A DNA stretch of 20,000 nucleotides. Origin: an uncultured virus (IMG/VR IMGVR_UViG_2061766007_002858). Taxonomy: Duplodnaviria; Heunggongvirae; Uroviricota; Caudoviricetes. The DNA is taken from the IMG/VR virus record IMGVR_UViG_2061766007_002858; one strand, written 5' to 3'. Made by a program: the position numbers and the translations under genes. The notes under the pieces are model-generated. The model was given only the letters and a program-made list of their open reading frames with translations, ran no database searches and had not been told where the DNA came from. Positions 8,160-17,787 of the stretch are shown here, in pieces; the first letter of the stretch is position 1; each line of letters starts with the position of its first letter.

Positions 8160-8926
8160 GCGCGTACTGGAGCTCTACGGCACCATCGCCGAGGAAAGCT
8201 GGTTCGACGACGATATCACCCCGGCGCAGTTCCGTGACGAGCTGTTTTCCGGCACGGGAGACGTCGTCATCTGGCTGAACTCGCCCGGCGGGGACTGCGT
8301 GGCCGCCAGCCAGATATATGCCATGCTTATGGATTACCCCGGTAATGTGACCGTGAAGATCGACGGCATCGCCGCGTCGGCGGCGTCTGTCATCGCCATG
8401 GCGGGCACTACCGTTCTCATGGCACCGACGGCCATGATGATGATTCACAATCCGGCCACGATTGCCATGGGCGACCATGAGGATATGCGCAAGGCCATCG
8501 AGATGCTGGACGAAGTGAAGGAAAGCATCATCAACGCCTATGAGATTAGAACCGGACTCAGCCGGGCGAAAATCTCCCACATGATGGATGCCACCACATG
8601 GATGAACGCCAACAAAGCCATCGAACTGGGCTTTGTGGATGATATCCTGACGGACGAAAAGCTGAACACCGATATGCCGGCTTTCGCTTTTTCNNNNNNN
8701 NNNTCTGACGGACGAAAAGCTGAACACCGATATACCGGCTTTCGCTTTTTCGGACAGCGCTGTGGAGCGGACGCTCATCAACAAGCTGACGGCTAAGGCT
8801 ATGCCGGTTGATCCGGAAAAAATGCATGCGCCGGTTCAGCCCAAACCGGAAGAACCCACCATTCCCCAGGGGCGGCGCGTCGACGATCTCAAAGCCCGCC
8901 TCATGACCATCAAAAACTATATGTGA
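8098..8926 (+). CDS. ClpP-type (S14) prohead maturation protease
   Basis: WLNSPGGD, IDGIAASAASVIAMAG (catalytic Ser), MMIHNP (His), TWMNANKAIELGFVD. Continues after gap 8694-8703 to ...DDLKARLMTIKNYM TGA 8924-8926. Confidence 0.92.
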
Positions 8927-8935
8927 CAGGAGGAA

Positions 8936-9438
8936 TTGTCTATGACCATCGTTGAAATNNNNNNNNNNTGGACAATCCGAGGGAATCACATGAGCCAGTC
9001 ACGCCGAAAACGGAAACACAGGTTCCGGAAGAAATCACTATTCCCCAGGGGCGGCGCGTTGANNNNNNNNNNAGAAAAAACGCCTGTGCCGGTTCAGCCA
9101 GTACCGGAAGAATCCACCATTCCCCAGGGACGGCGCGTTGATGATCTCAAAGCCCGTCTCATGACCATCAAAAACTATATGTGACAGGAGGAATTGTCTA
9201 TGAACATCGTTGAAATGCGCGAAAAGCGCGCTAAGCTCTGGGCCACCATGGAAGGCTTTCTGGACACCCATCGCAATGAAAANNNNNNNNNNGGGACAAT
9301 CCGAGGGAATCACCTGAGCCAGCCACGCCGAAAACAGAAACACAGGTTCCGGAAGAAATCACTATTCCCCAGGGGCGGCGCGTTGACGATCTCAAAGCCC
9401 GTCTCATGACTATCAAAAACTATATGTGACAGGAGGAA
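8936..9438 (+). repeat. Stacked variant contigs of the protease 3' end / capsid 5' end junction
   Basis: Repeated TIPQGRRV(DDLKARLMTIKNYM) and M(T/N)IVEM segments separated by 10-N gaps. Confidence 0.85.
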
Positions 9439-9444
9439 ATGTCT

Positions 9445-10478
9445 ATGACCATCGTTGAAATGCGCGAGAAGCGCGCCAGGCTCTGGGCCACCATGGAAGG
9501 CTTTCTGGACACCCATCGCAATGAAAAGGGCGTACTGTCCGCCGAGGATGATGCCACCTATGCTTCCATGGAAACCGATCTGGACGCCCTGACCAATGAG
9601 ATCCACCGCATGGAGCGCCGCGACGCCAGGGAGGCTGAACTGTCCAAGCCCATGAACAAGCCTCTGACTGAAAAGCCGGAGAAGAACACCGAGCCTGAAA
9701 AGACCGGTCGCGCTTCCAATGCCTATCGTGAGGATTTCGGCAGGCATCTGAGGGGCAAGACGCCCATCCNNNNNNNNNNTGCCCTGACCAACGAGATCCA
9801 CCGCATGGAGCGCCGCGACGCCAGGGAGGCTGAGCTTTCCAAGCCCATGAACAAACCTCTGACTGAAAAGCCGGAGAAGAACGCCGAGCCTGAAAAGATC
9901 GGTCGCGCTTCCAGTGCCTATCGTGAGGATTTCGGCAGGCATCTGAGGGGCAAGACGCCCATCCNNNNNNNNNNGCGCGAAAAGCGCGCCAAGCTCTGGG
10001 CCACCATGGAAGGCTTTCTGGATACCCATCGCAATGAAAAGGGCGTGCTGTCCGCCGAGGATGACGCCACCTATGCTTCCATGGAGACCGATCTGGACGC
10101 CATGACCAACGAGATCCACCGCATGGAGCGGCGCGATGCCCGGGAGGCCGAGCTGTCCAAGCCCATGAACAAGCCCCTGACCGAAAAACCGGAGAAGAAC
10201 GCCGAGCCTGAAAAGGCCGGCCGCGCTTCCAACGCTTACCGCGAGGATTTCGGCAGGCATCTGAGGGGCAAGACGCCCATCCACAACGTACTGTCCGAAA
10301 GCACCGATGCGGACGGCGGCTACCTGGTACCCACCGAGTTTGAGCATCAGATCGTGACGGAGCTGGAAGAGAGCAATATCATCCGCTCCATCGCCAAGGT
10401 CATCACCACGCATCATGACCGGAAGATCCCCATCGCCGTGGGCCATTCCGTGGCCACCTGGACGGCTGAGAACGCGGC
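9445..10478 (+). CDS. Major capsid protein (HK97 family), N-terminal part; composite of three overlapping variant contigs
   Basis: Coiled-coil delta-domain-like N-terminus, then NVLSESTDADGGYLVPTEFEHQIVTELEESNIIRSIAKVITT. AGGAGG is 8 nt before ATG 9445, while ATG 9439 is too close to the SD and is TTG in other copies. Confidence 0.92.
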
Positions 10479-10488
10479 NNNNNNNNNN

Positions 10489-11265
10489 CGTGCTTTTCCA
10501 GAACACAGACTCGCTCATGTTCAGCACTACAGTCCCCACGTAATACAGCAGCACCCAGTCCACAGATTCCTGCGCGCCGGATGCTGCCGTATCAAATGAG
10601 TCCCACAGCGCCTTTACCGAGGGTCTGGGGCCACGGCATTCTCCGTATCTCCGGTATCCTCAGGCAGCGCGGCAGTCAGCGCCTCGGTGATCTGCTCCAT
10701 GATCTTTTCCACATTGGTCAGGGAGATCATCGCGCCTACCTGGCGCTCGGTCAGTTTTTCGTCTTCATGCAAAAGGCCCGCCCACAGCAGCGTTCGGGTG
10801 GCTTTCACGGAGCCCTGCTGCATCTTCTGGAACGCCTGGTCCAGGGAGCCGAATTTGTCCTCCAGCTCCGCAAAGGCGTTCAGGTCGAAGAGCAGCGTGC
10901 GGGGCTTGTCCAGTTCAATGGGAATACGCACTTCCCGGATGTCATGCAGCGCCATAGTTTAGCCCTCCCCATTGGTCTCTTTGGTTTCTTCGTAGACCTC
11001 GTTGAACCAGCTGTCCACGCCNNNNNNNNNNATCTTAACCCTCCCCGTTGGTCTCTTTGGTTTCTTCGTAGACCTCGTTGAACCAGCTGTCCACGCCGGT
11101 GAATTCCGGGTCGCTGGTGTCGGCAGAGATCTGCCAGTTGCCGTCATAGTCGCGCTGGACAAAAGTGCCGGTCAGCTTGGGCTGACGCCAGGCGGGCGAA
11201 TCGTTACTGGTAGAGTATTCATCCTCGACCAGCTGGAACTTGCCCTTGTACAGCCACACGCAGCG
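10489..11265 (-). other. Inverted block of variant contigs: major tail protein 3' end, tail chaperone and downstream ORF
   Basis: Reverse-complement homolog of about 14293-15175, bounded by 10-N gaps and interrupting the capsid gene. Confidence 0.85.
10614..10955 (-). CDS. Tail assembly chaperone (variant copy)
   Basis: 113 aa, differing from 14710-15051 at two residues. Confidence 0.8.
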   Translation of the reverse strand: MALHDIREVRIPIELDKPRTLLFDLNAFAELEDKFGSLDQAFQKMQQGSVKATRTLLWAGLLHEDEKLTERQVGAMISLTNVEKIMEQITEALTAALPEDTGDTENAVAPDPR

Positions 11266-11275
11266 NNNNNNNNNN

Positions 11276-11646
11276 ACGCGCTCAAGTCTCCCTATCGCAG
11301 GAACGCGAAGTTCCTGATGAACGACGCGACGGTGTCCGCTATCCGCAAGTTGAAGGACGGCAACGGCGTGTACCTGTGGCAGCCTGCCCTGCAAGCGGGT
11401 CAGCCTGACAAGCTGCTGGGCTTCGACCTGGTGACGTCTCCTTATGCGCCGACCATGGCTGCCGGCGCGCTGCCCATCGCCTTTGGTGATTTCAACAATT
11501 ACTGGATCGGCGACCGCATGGGTCGCACGGTGCAGCGCCTGAATGAACTGTATGCCACCAACGGCCAGATCGGCTTTGTGGCCACCGAGCGCGTGGACGG
11601 CAAGGTGATCCTGCCCGAGGGCATCCAGCTGCTCCAGATGAAGTGA
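11276..11646 (+). CDS. Major capsid protein, C-terminal part
   Basis: ALKSPYRRNAKFLMNDATVSAIRKLKDGNGVYLWQP...IAFGDFNNYWIGDR...GQIGFVATERVDGKVILPEGIQLLQMK. Confidence 0.93.
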
Positions 11647-11659
11647 GGAGGGCGCGGCT

Positions 11660-11911
11660 ATGAGCTATAACGTGAAGAACTACACCGAGCAGGGCGGCGA
11701 CGTCACCCATATCGGCGGAAAGCTGGTGTTTGAAGAGGGAGCCTCTGTAGAGGGGCTCCCTGGCTCTACTCCTGCAGAGAACCAGGCTGCCAGCACAGCT
11801 GCTACCGTTGCTGCCCTGAAGGATGATTTCAATGCGCTGCTGGCAAAGCTGAAGGAAGCCGGCCTTATGGCTGCTGACACTACTGCGGACGAAGATGCCG
11901 ATGGCGAATAA
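11660..11911 (+). CDS. Head fibre / capsid decoration-like protein
   Basis: 83 aa MSYNVKNYTEQGG...STAATVAALKDDFNALLAKLKEAGLM; position right after the capsid gene. Confidence 0.7.
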   Translation: MSYNVKNYTEQGGDVTHIGGKLVFEEGASVEGLPGSTPAENQAASTAATVAALKDDFNALLAKLKEAGLMAADTTADEDADGE

Positions 11912-11929
11912 CGGGAGGGAGGCTGTCGA

Positions 11930-12253
11930 ATGGCGCTGATTACACTGGCTGAGGCCAAGGAGTACCTGAGGGTGGACACCGATGCCGATGACGCGCTGAT
12001 CGGCAGTCTCCTTCTCTCCGCCGGAAGGCTGTGCGCCGATGTGGCGCGGCTGAACGATGAGGAATGGGCGGCGGTGGATGCTGACGCGACTGCAGATGAC
12101 AGCCCCGGGGTGATTTCACTACGGGCTTCGCTGCGCGTGGCGGTGTATTTCACGCTGGCGTACCTGTATGAGCACCGGGAGGAAGCAGATCATCATGGTC
12201 TGCTGCTCACGCTGCGTTCTCTGCTTTTCGCTGTCAGGGAGGGACGTCCGTGA
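11930..12253 (+). CDS. Head-tail connector (HK97 gp6-like)
   Basis: ITLAEAKEYLRVD...DDALIGSLL...AYLYEHRE motif; variant 3' copy at 12454-12639. Confidence 0.88.
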   Translation: MALITLAEAKEYLRVDTDADDALIGSLLLSAGRLCADVARLNDEEWAAVDADATADDSPGVISLRASLRVAVYFTLAYLYEHREEADHHGLLLTLRSLLFAVREGRP

Positions 12254-12443
12254 AGAAGAATCCGCTTTACCCCAGCAGGCTGAGAAATCGTGTGGAATTC
12301 CTGCGGCGTGTCGTGACCGTAGAGCATGGTATCAGCAAGGAACGCTGGGAAACAGCTTTTATCTGCTGGTGCGGAGCAGAGCCGCTGTCAGGTAGAGAGT
12401 TCTGGGAGGCAGCGGCCATCAATCGGGAAAACGAGGTGCGCTT
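12250..12443 (+). CDS. Head closure protein, partial variant copy
   Basis: GTG start overlapping the previous stop; LRNRVEF...EPLSGREFWEAAAINRENEVR, cut by an N gap. Confidence 0.75.
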
Positions 12444-12635
12444 NNNNNNNNNNAATGCGGTGGACGCTGAACCTGCCGCAGATGACAGTGCAGCGGTGAT
12501 TTCTCTCCGGGCATCTCTGCGCGTGGCGATGTATTTCACGCTGGCATACCTGTATGAGCACCGGGAGGAAGCGGACCATCACGCCCTGCTTCTTACTCTC
12601 CGATCTTTGCTCTTTTCCGTCAGGGAGGGACGCCC

Positions 12636-13059
12636 GTGAAGAAGAATCCGCTGTATCCCAGCAGACTGCGCAGCCGCGCCGAATTCCTGCGCCGCACTGT
12701 CAGTATGGAGCATGGCATCAGTCGGGAACGCTGGGAAACCACCTTCACATGCTGGTGCTGCGTGGAACCGCTGTCAGGCAGAGAGTTCTGGGAGGCAGCG
12801 GCCATCAATCGGGAAAACGAGGTGCGCTTCACCATCCGCTACCGGAAGGACGTATCCGCCGAGATGCGGATCAGGCTGGACAGCACAGTGTACGACATCA
12901 CCTCTATCCTCGATAAAAACAACCGGCATGAGGCGCTNNNNNNNNNNACTGGATGGTACGGTGTACGACATCACCTCTATCCTCGATAAAAACAACCGGC
13001 ATGAGGCGCTGGAGATACTGGCAAGGACGGTGACGCCAGATGGCAAATGTCAGAATTGA
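12636..13059 (+). CDS. Head closure / head-tail adaptor (SPP1 gp16-like), composite
   Basis: EPLSGREFWEAAAINRENEVRFTIRYRKDVSAEMRIRLDSTVYDITSI; finishes after gap 12938-12947. Confidence 0.85.
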
Positions 13060-13450
13060 CGGGCTGAAAGACCTGGGGACCCGTGTGAAGAACATGGGCA
13101 AAGAGGCGCGCGGCGCTGCCGGACAAGCGCTCCGCAAGGGCGCGGAGATCATCAAAGAAGAAGCCCATGTCCGGGCTCCCCGCAGCGCCCACGGGCATCC
13201 CGCCACCCAGGGACGTACAGCCAAGCATCTGGCGGATCAGCTGACCACCAGCGTCTCCGCCAGCAAATACACCGCAGGCGTGACCGTCGTCGGTGGTGTG
13301 AATGGTCCAAGCTATTACTGGAAATACCTCGAGTACGGCACAAAGCGCATAAAAGAACGCGCCTTTATCCGCGAAAGCGCGGAGGCGCGCGGTGATGAAG
13401 CTATGGAGACCGTGAAGCGCGAGATAGAAGCCCGGCTGGGCATCAAGTGA
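13040..13450 (+). CDS. HK97 gp10 family neck/tail component
   Basis: VRIDGLKDL...ALRKGAEIIKEEA..RAP...YYWKYLEYGTKRIKERAFIRES. Confidence 0.88.
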   Translation: MANVRIDGLKDLGTRVKNMGKEARGAAGQALRKGAEIIKEEAHVRAPRSAHGHPATQGRTAKHLADQLTTSVSASKYTAGVTVVGGVNGPSYYWKYLEYGTKRIKERAFIRESAEARGDEAMETVKREIEARLGIK

Positions 13451-13461
13451 GGTGATCACCA

Positions 13462-13912
13462 TTGGACGCATCGACCCTGGTGGACGAGCTGTTGGAAAGC
13501 GAAGAGCTGACAGCGCTCCTGGCCACCGACCCATACGGCAATCCCGCCATCTATCAGATCCTTTCCCCAGAGGCGGAGGTATTTCCCCGGCTGGCTGTGT
13601 TTGAATCGGATCGCGAGTANNNNNNNNNNGGAGGCGGAGGTCTTTCCCAGACTGGCCGTGTTTGAAGCGGATCGTGAATACACCCGCTTCGCCGATGACC
13701 AGCCGCTGGAAGAAGAGATCACCTTCCGCATCGACATCTACGCCCGGGAAAATCTGCTGTATCCCATCAACGCCGCTTTGCACAAAACCATGCGCCGGAA
13801 CGGCTATCAGCGGTACGGACAGGTGCAGGACGATTATCTGCAGGATATGGACATCTACGTGAAATCCGCCACCTATACCATCAAAGAACAGCTCCCGTTT
13901 CCCTGGGAGTGA
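13462..13912 (+). CDS. Probable tail terminator / tail completion protein, composite
   Basis: GAGGTGA SD, TTG start; FPRLAVFE...FADDQPLEEEITFRIDIY; located between gp10 and the major tail gene. Confidence 0.7.
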
Positions 13913-13927
13913 GAGAGGAGAATTGAT

Positions 13928-14706
13928 ATGCCTCAGAATACCACTGTCAAGGCGCAGCGGCAGTCGCTGCGCAATATCCACTACGCCCTGCTGACCAGCG
14001 ATACCACGGAGGGAGTGACCTACGCCAAGCCTGAGCCGCTGGTTGGCGCGATCTCCGCCAGCATTTCGCCTACCACCAATCAGGAAAAGCTGTGGGCGGA
14101 TGACGGCGTATTCGACATCGCCTCCCAGCTGGGCGATATCACCCTTGAGCTGGAGCTGGCGGCGCTTCCCATGAAGGCGCAGGCGGTCCTGCTGGGCCAT
14201 AAGTACGAAAAGGGCGTCATGGTGCAGAACGCCAGCGACGAAGCGCCCTATGTGGCCATTGGCTTCATGAGCCAGCCTCAGCCGAACCAGTTCCGCTGCG
14301 TATGGCTGTACAAGGGCAAGTTCCAGCTGGTCGAGGATGAATATTCCACCAGCAATGATTCTCCCGCCTGGCGTCAGCCCAAGCTGACCGGTACCTTCGT
14401 CCAGCGCGACTANNNNNNNNNNTGACATCACCCTGGAGCTGGAGCTGGCGGCGCTTCCCATGAAGGCGCAGGCAATCCTGCTGGGCCATAAGTACGAAAA
14501 GGGCGTNNNNNNNNNNGTATTCCACCAGCAACGATTCTCCCGCCTGGCGTCAGCCCAAGCTGACCGGCACCTTTGTGCAGCGCGACTACGACGGCAACTG
14601 GCAGATTTCCGCCGATACCAGCGATCCGGAATTCACCGGCGTGGACAGCTGGTTCAACGATGTCTATGAGGAACCCAAAGAGACCAACACCAACGAGGAG
14701 GGCTAA
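13928..14706 (+). CDS. Major tail protein (phi13-like family), composite
   Basis: SLRNIHYALLTSDT..GVTYAKP, LWADDGV, APYVAIGF, VWLYKGKF, LTGTFVQRD; TAA 14704-14706. Confidence 0.9.
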
Positions 14707-14709
14707 GCC

Positions 14710-15051
14710 ATGGCGCTGCATGATATCCGGGAAGTGCGTATTCCCATTGAACTGGACAAGCCCCGCACGCTGCTTTTCGACCTGAACGCCTTTGCAGAGC
14801 TGGAGGACAAATTCGGCTCCCTGGACCAGGCGTTCCAGAAGATGCAGCAGGGCTCCGTGAAAGCCACCCGCACGCTGCTGTGGGCGGGCCTTTTGCATGA
14901 AGATGAAAACCTGACCGAGCGCCAGGTCGGCGCGATGATCTCCCTGACAAACGTGGAAAAGATCATGGAGCAGATTACTGAGGCTCTGACCGCTGCGCTG
15001 CCGGAAGACACCGGCGACACGGAGAAAGCTGTGGCTCCCGACCCTCGGTAA
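14710..15051 (+). CDS. Tail assembly chaperone (lambda gpG position)
   Basis: 113 aa, IELDKPRTLLFDLNAFAELEDKFG...LLWAGLLHEDENLTERQVG; sits between the major tail and tape measure genes. Confidence 0.82.
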   Translation: MALHDIREVRIPIELDKPRTLLFDLNAFAELEDKFGSLDQAFQKMQQGSVKATRTLLWAGLLHEDENLTERQVGAMISLTNVEKIMEQITEALTAALPEDTGDTEKAVAPDPR

Positions 15052-15245
15052 AGGCGCTGTGGGACTCGTTTGATACAGCAGCATCCGGCGCGCAGGAATC
15101 TGTGGACTGGGTGCTGCTGTATTACGTGGGGACCGTAGTGCTGAACATGAGTGAAGCTGTATTTTGGAAAAGCACCCTGCGGAAACTGCACGCGGTCTTC
15201 AAATGCCATTGTGAGCATATGCCGAAACCTGATCGAAAGAAATGA
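15042..15245 (+). CDS. gpT-like ORF in the -1 frame, probable frameshift extension of the chaperone
   Basis: PSVKALWDSFDTAASGAQESVDWVLLYYVGTVVLNMSEAVFWKSTLRKLHAVFKCHCEHMPKPDRKK, TGA 15243-15245. The L(N/G)MS...FW..T pattern is typical of gpT-like segments. Not in the ORF track. Confidence 0.72.
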   Translation, partial: PSVKALWDSFDTAASGAQESVDWVLLYYVGTVVLNMSEAVFWKSTLRKLHAVFKCHCEHMPKPDRKK

Positions 15246-15263
15246 CGAAGGAGGTGATTTCCC

Positions 15264-16000
15264 ATGGCGTCCGGAACGTCCGACCTTATTGTCCGCCTGT
15301 CCCTTGACACGACCCAGTTTGAAGGTTNNNNNNNNNNNNNNNNNNNNNNNNNNNNNNNNNNNNNNNNNNNNNNNNNNNNNNNNNNNNNNNNNNNCACAGT
15401 GCAGCTGCAGACCTCGGCGCAGACCCTGACGGATAAGCTGGCGGCGCAAAAGCAAAAGGTGGCCGATCTCGAAGCCGCCTACGAAAAGAGCAAAGCGGAA
15501 ACCGGCGAGAACTCCGAGGAGACGAGGAAGCTGGCCGCCCAGCTTGAGCAGGCCAAGCAAAAGGTCTCCCAGACCGAGCAGGCGCTGAAGCTCGTCACCC
15601 AGCAGCTGAAGCTGTCCCAGAACGGCTTTTATCAGCTGGGCACACAGCTGGAAAACATCGGAGCGAAGCTGGAAAACGTCGGCAAAAAGGTATCGCAGGT
15701 CGGGCAGCAGCTCACTACGAAACTGACCACGCCCATTGTGGCGCTGGGCACGGTCTGCATCAAGACGTTCACGTCCTTTGATGATTCCCTGAAGACAGTA
15801 CAGGCCACCATGGGCCTTGTGGCCGGTTCCTCGGAAGAGGCAGACCGGCAGATCGCCCTGCTGAACAGTACGGCCCAGGAGATGGGCCGGTCAACACGCT
15901 ACTCCGCGTCTGAAGCCGCACAGGCATTGAACTACCTGGCTCTGGCCGGTTATGACGCGGACGAGGCCTGCGCGGCGCTGCCGCAGGTGCTGGCCCTGGC
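15264..16000 (+). CDS. Tape measure protein (TP901 family), N-terminal part
   Basis: AAGGAGGTGA SD; MASGTSDLIVRLSLDTTQFEG, coiled coil, LTTPIVALG, AQEMGRSTRYSASEAAQALNYLALAGY. Confidence 0.9.
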
Positions 16001-16010
16001 NNNNNNNNNN

Positions 16011-17340
16011 CGAGCGGGAGCATGTTGCCGTTGATAAGATATAGGTCGCCCCCGCTCTCGGGCGGGATGCGGTCGAGGTTTTCCAGCTCGCGTATGTCGT
16101 TGGCGGACATCCATCCGTTCTGCCTCGCCGTGGCGTATCCGTTCATGCGGCTCTGGTAATCGCCGCGNNNNNNNNNNCGTCCAACTATCCCTGACTTTCT
16201 CCGGGTCCTTCACCGTTCCAGGGTATTCCAGGATGCCGCTGGGCGTAGCGCCATTGGCGAAGAACTTGGAGCCATACTCTTCCGTAGCGATGGCCAGGCC
16301 GATAGCGTTTTTCGCCATAGCGATAGGGCTGTAACCCACAAGTCCGTCAAAACCCAGGCCTGGGATGTGCAGAACATCCTTTGGCGACAGGATGACCTTT
16401 GCGCCTTCGGAAATCGGCGCTTCCTCGCTGGACCGCTGATAGGTGTAGTACAGATGCCCGTCCTNNNNNNNNNNATCCAGGTCGCCCACCATGTGCGGCG
16501 GCACCCGGAAAATGCGGGCGATCTCGTTGATCTGAAACTTCCTGGTCTCCAGAAACTGCGCCTGCTCCGGCGAAATGGAGATGGGCGTGTACTTCATGCC
16601 CTCCTCAAGCACGGCCACCTTGTGGGCGTTACCGCTGCCGGAAAAGCCACGTGTCCAGCTGTCCCTGACTTTCTCAGGGTCCTTCACCGTTCCGGGGTAT
16701 TCGAGGATGCCGCTGGGCGTAGCGCCGTTGGCGAAGAACTTAGAGCCGTACTCCTCCGTAGCGATAGCCAGGCCGATGGCGTTTTTCGCCATGGCGATGG
16801 GACTGTAGCCCACAAGCCCGTCAAAGCCCAGACCCGGAATATGCAGCACATCCTTTGGCGACAGGATGACCTTTGCGCCTTCGGAAACCGGCGCTTCCTC
16901 GCTGGACCGCTGATAGGTGTAGTACAGATGCCCGTCCTGATCCCGATCCACCGACATCTTGTTGGGCATCAGGGGATACAGCGCCACCACTTCGCCTTTG
17001 CCGTTGCGNNNNNNNNNNNNNNNNNNNNNNNNNNNNNNNNNNNNNNNNNNNNNNNNNNNNNNNNNNNNNNNNNNNNNNNNNNNNNNNNNNNNNNNNNNNN
17101 NNNNNNGATGGCTTTCTCCTTACCCCCGTCATCACGGTACCGGTACAGGTGCAGCGGCAAGCCCGCAACTGCCTCCGCCAGAATTCGCACGCAGGAATAC
17201 ACCGCTGTCATCTGCATGGCGGAGCGTTCTGTCACAACCTTGCCGGATGTAGTGCCGCCCATGTAGAAGGCATAGCCGCTGCCGACTGTGCGGTTCTGAG
17301 GCTTGTCCCTGATATGAAACAGGCTCGACAGTTTTCCCAT
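16011..17340 (-). CDS. Portal protein, inverted fragmented variant copies
   Basis: Reverse-complement homologs of 6193-8050 in four N-separated pieces; start MGKLSSLFHIRDKP at 17340. Confidence 0.85.
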
Positions 17341-17354
17341 GAATCATCCCTCCG

Positions 17355-17561
17355 TCATAGAAACAGAATGCCGCGGTCGTTATACACGCTTTCCTGTGTA
17401 TCATTCCCGCAGCGGATGGCGCGGTCCAGGCCCATGATAGTGGCCACCGCGCCGTCGATTTTCTCCGTGGATTTCTCTTTGTCAGCTTTGATGTTTCCAG
17501 CAGGATCGGTGCGGATATAGATGTTGTCCATCATCCAGCGCAGTACCGGGTGACCTCCATG
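17355..17561 (-). CDS. terL: terL 3' end, inverted variant copy
   Basis: HGGHPVLRWMMDNIYIRTDPAGNIKADKEKSTEKIDGAVA...RGILFL on the minus strand. Confidence 0.85.
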   Translation of the reverse strand, partial: HGGHPVLRWMMDNIYIRTDPAGNIKADKEKSTEKIDGAVATIMGLDRAIRCGNDTQESVYNDRGILFL

Positions 17562-17571
17562 NNNNNNNNNN

Positions 17572-17662
17572 ATCTGTGTTCTGGAAAAGCACCCTGCGAA
17601 AGCTGCATGCGGTATTCAAATGCCACTGTGAGCATATGCCGAAGGCTGGTGGAAAGAAATAA
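17572..17662 (+). CDS. 3' end of the gpT-like ORF, variant copy
   Basis: SVFWKSTLRKLHAVFKCHCEHMPKAGGKK, TAA 17660-17662. Confidence 0.75.
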
Positions 17663-17708
17663 GGAAACACTTTCCAATGTAAAAACGCAGGAAAAGACAA
17701 ATCTCATA

Positions 17709-17745
17709 TTGACAAGCATCGATATGTGGTGTATTATCATATCGA
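17709..17745 (+). promoter_or_regulatory. Near-consensus sigma70/sigmaA promoter with overlapping inverted-repeat operator (moron head)
   Basis: TTGACA (17709-17714)-N17-TATTAT (17732-17737); TCGATATG (17719-17726) / CATATCGA (17738-17745) flank the -10; GAGGTG SD at 17759 and ATG at 17771. Confidence 0.82.
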
Positions 17746-17787
17746 CATCAATCAATGTGAGGTGTTGAGTATGGAATNNNNNNNNNN

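Noticed and set aside
9445..10280. Apparent tandem repeats in the capsid N-terminus (similarly in portal, major tail and tape measure)
   Set aside because: Junctions coincide with 10-N gaps and the copies differ mainly at synonymous sites.
10489..11265. Inverted tail-gene block inside the capsid gene, suggesting an invertible (shufflon-like) segment
   Set aside because: Both ends are 10-N scaffold gaps, no inverted recombination sites or invertase are visible, and the content duplicates genes present in the normal position. A misplaced variant contig is simpler.
16011..17561. Inverted portal/terL block inside the tape measure gene
   Set aside because: Bounded by N gaps and redundant with 5500-8050; scaffolding artefact.
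17726..17787. ORF-track N-terminus MVYYHIDINQCEVLSME fused to the tape measure
   Set aside because: It reads through the moron promoter and joins the tape measure only across an N gap; the real tape measure start is seen at 15264.
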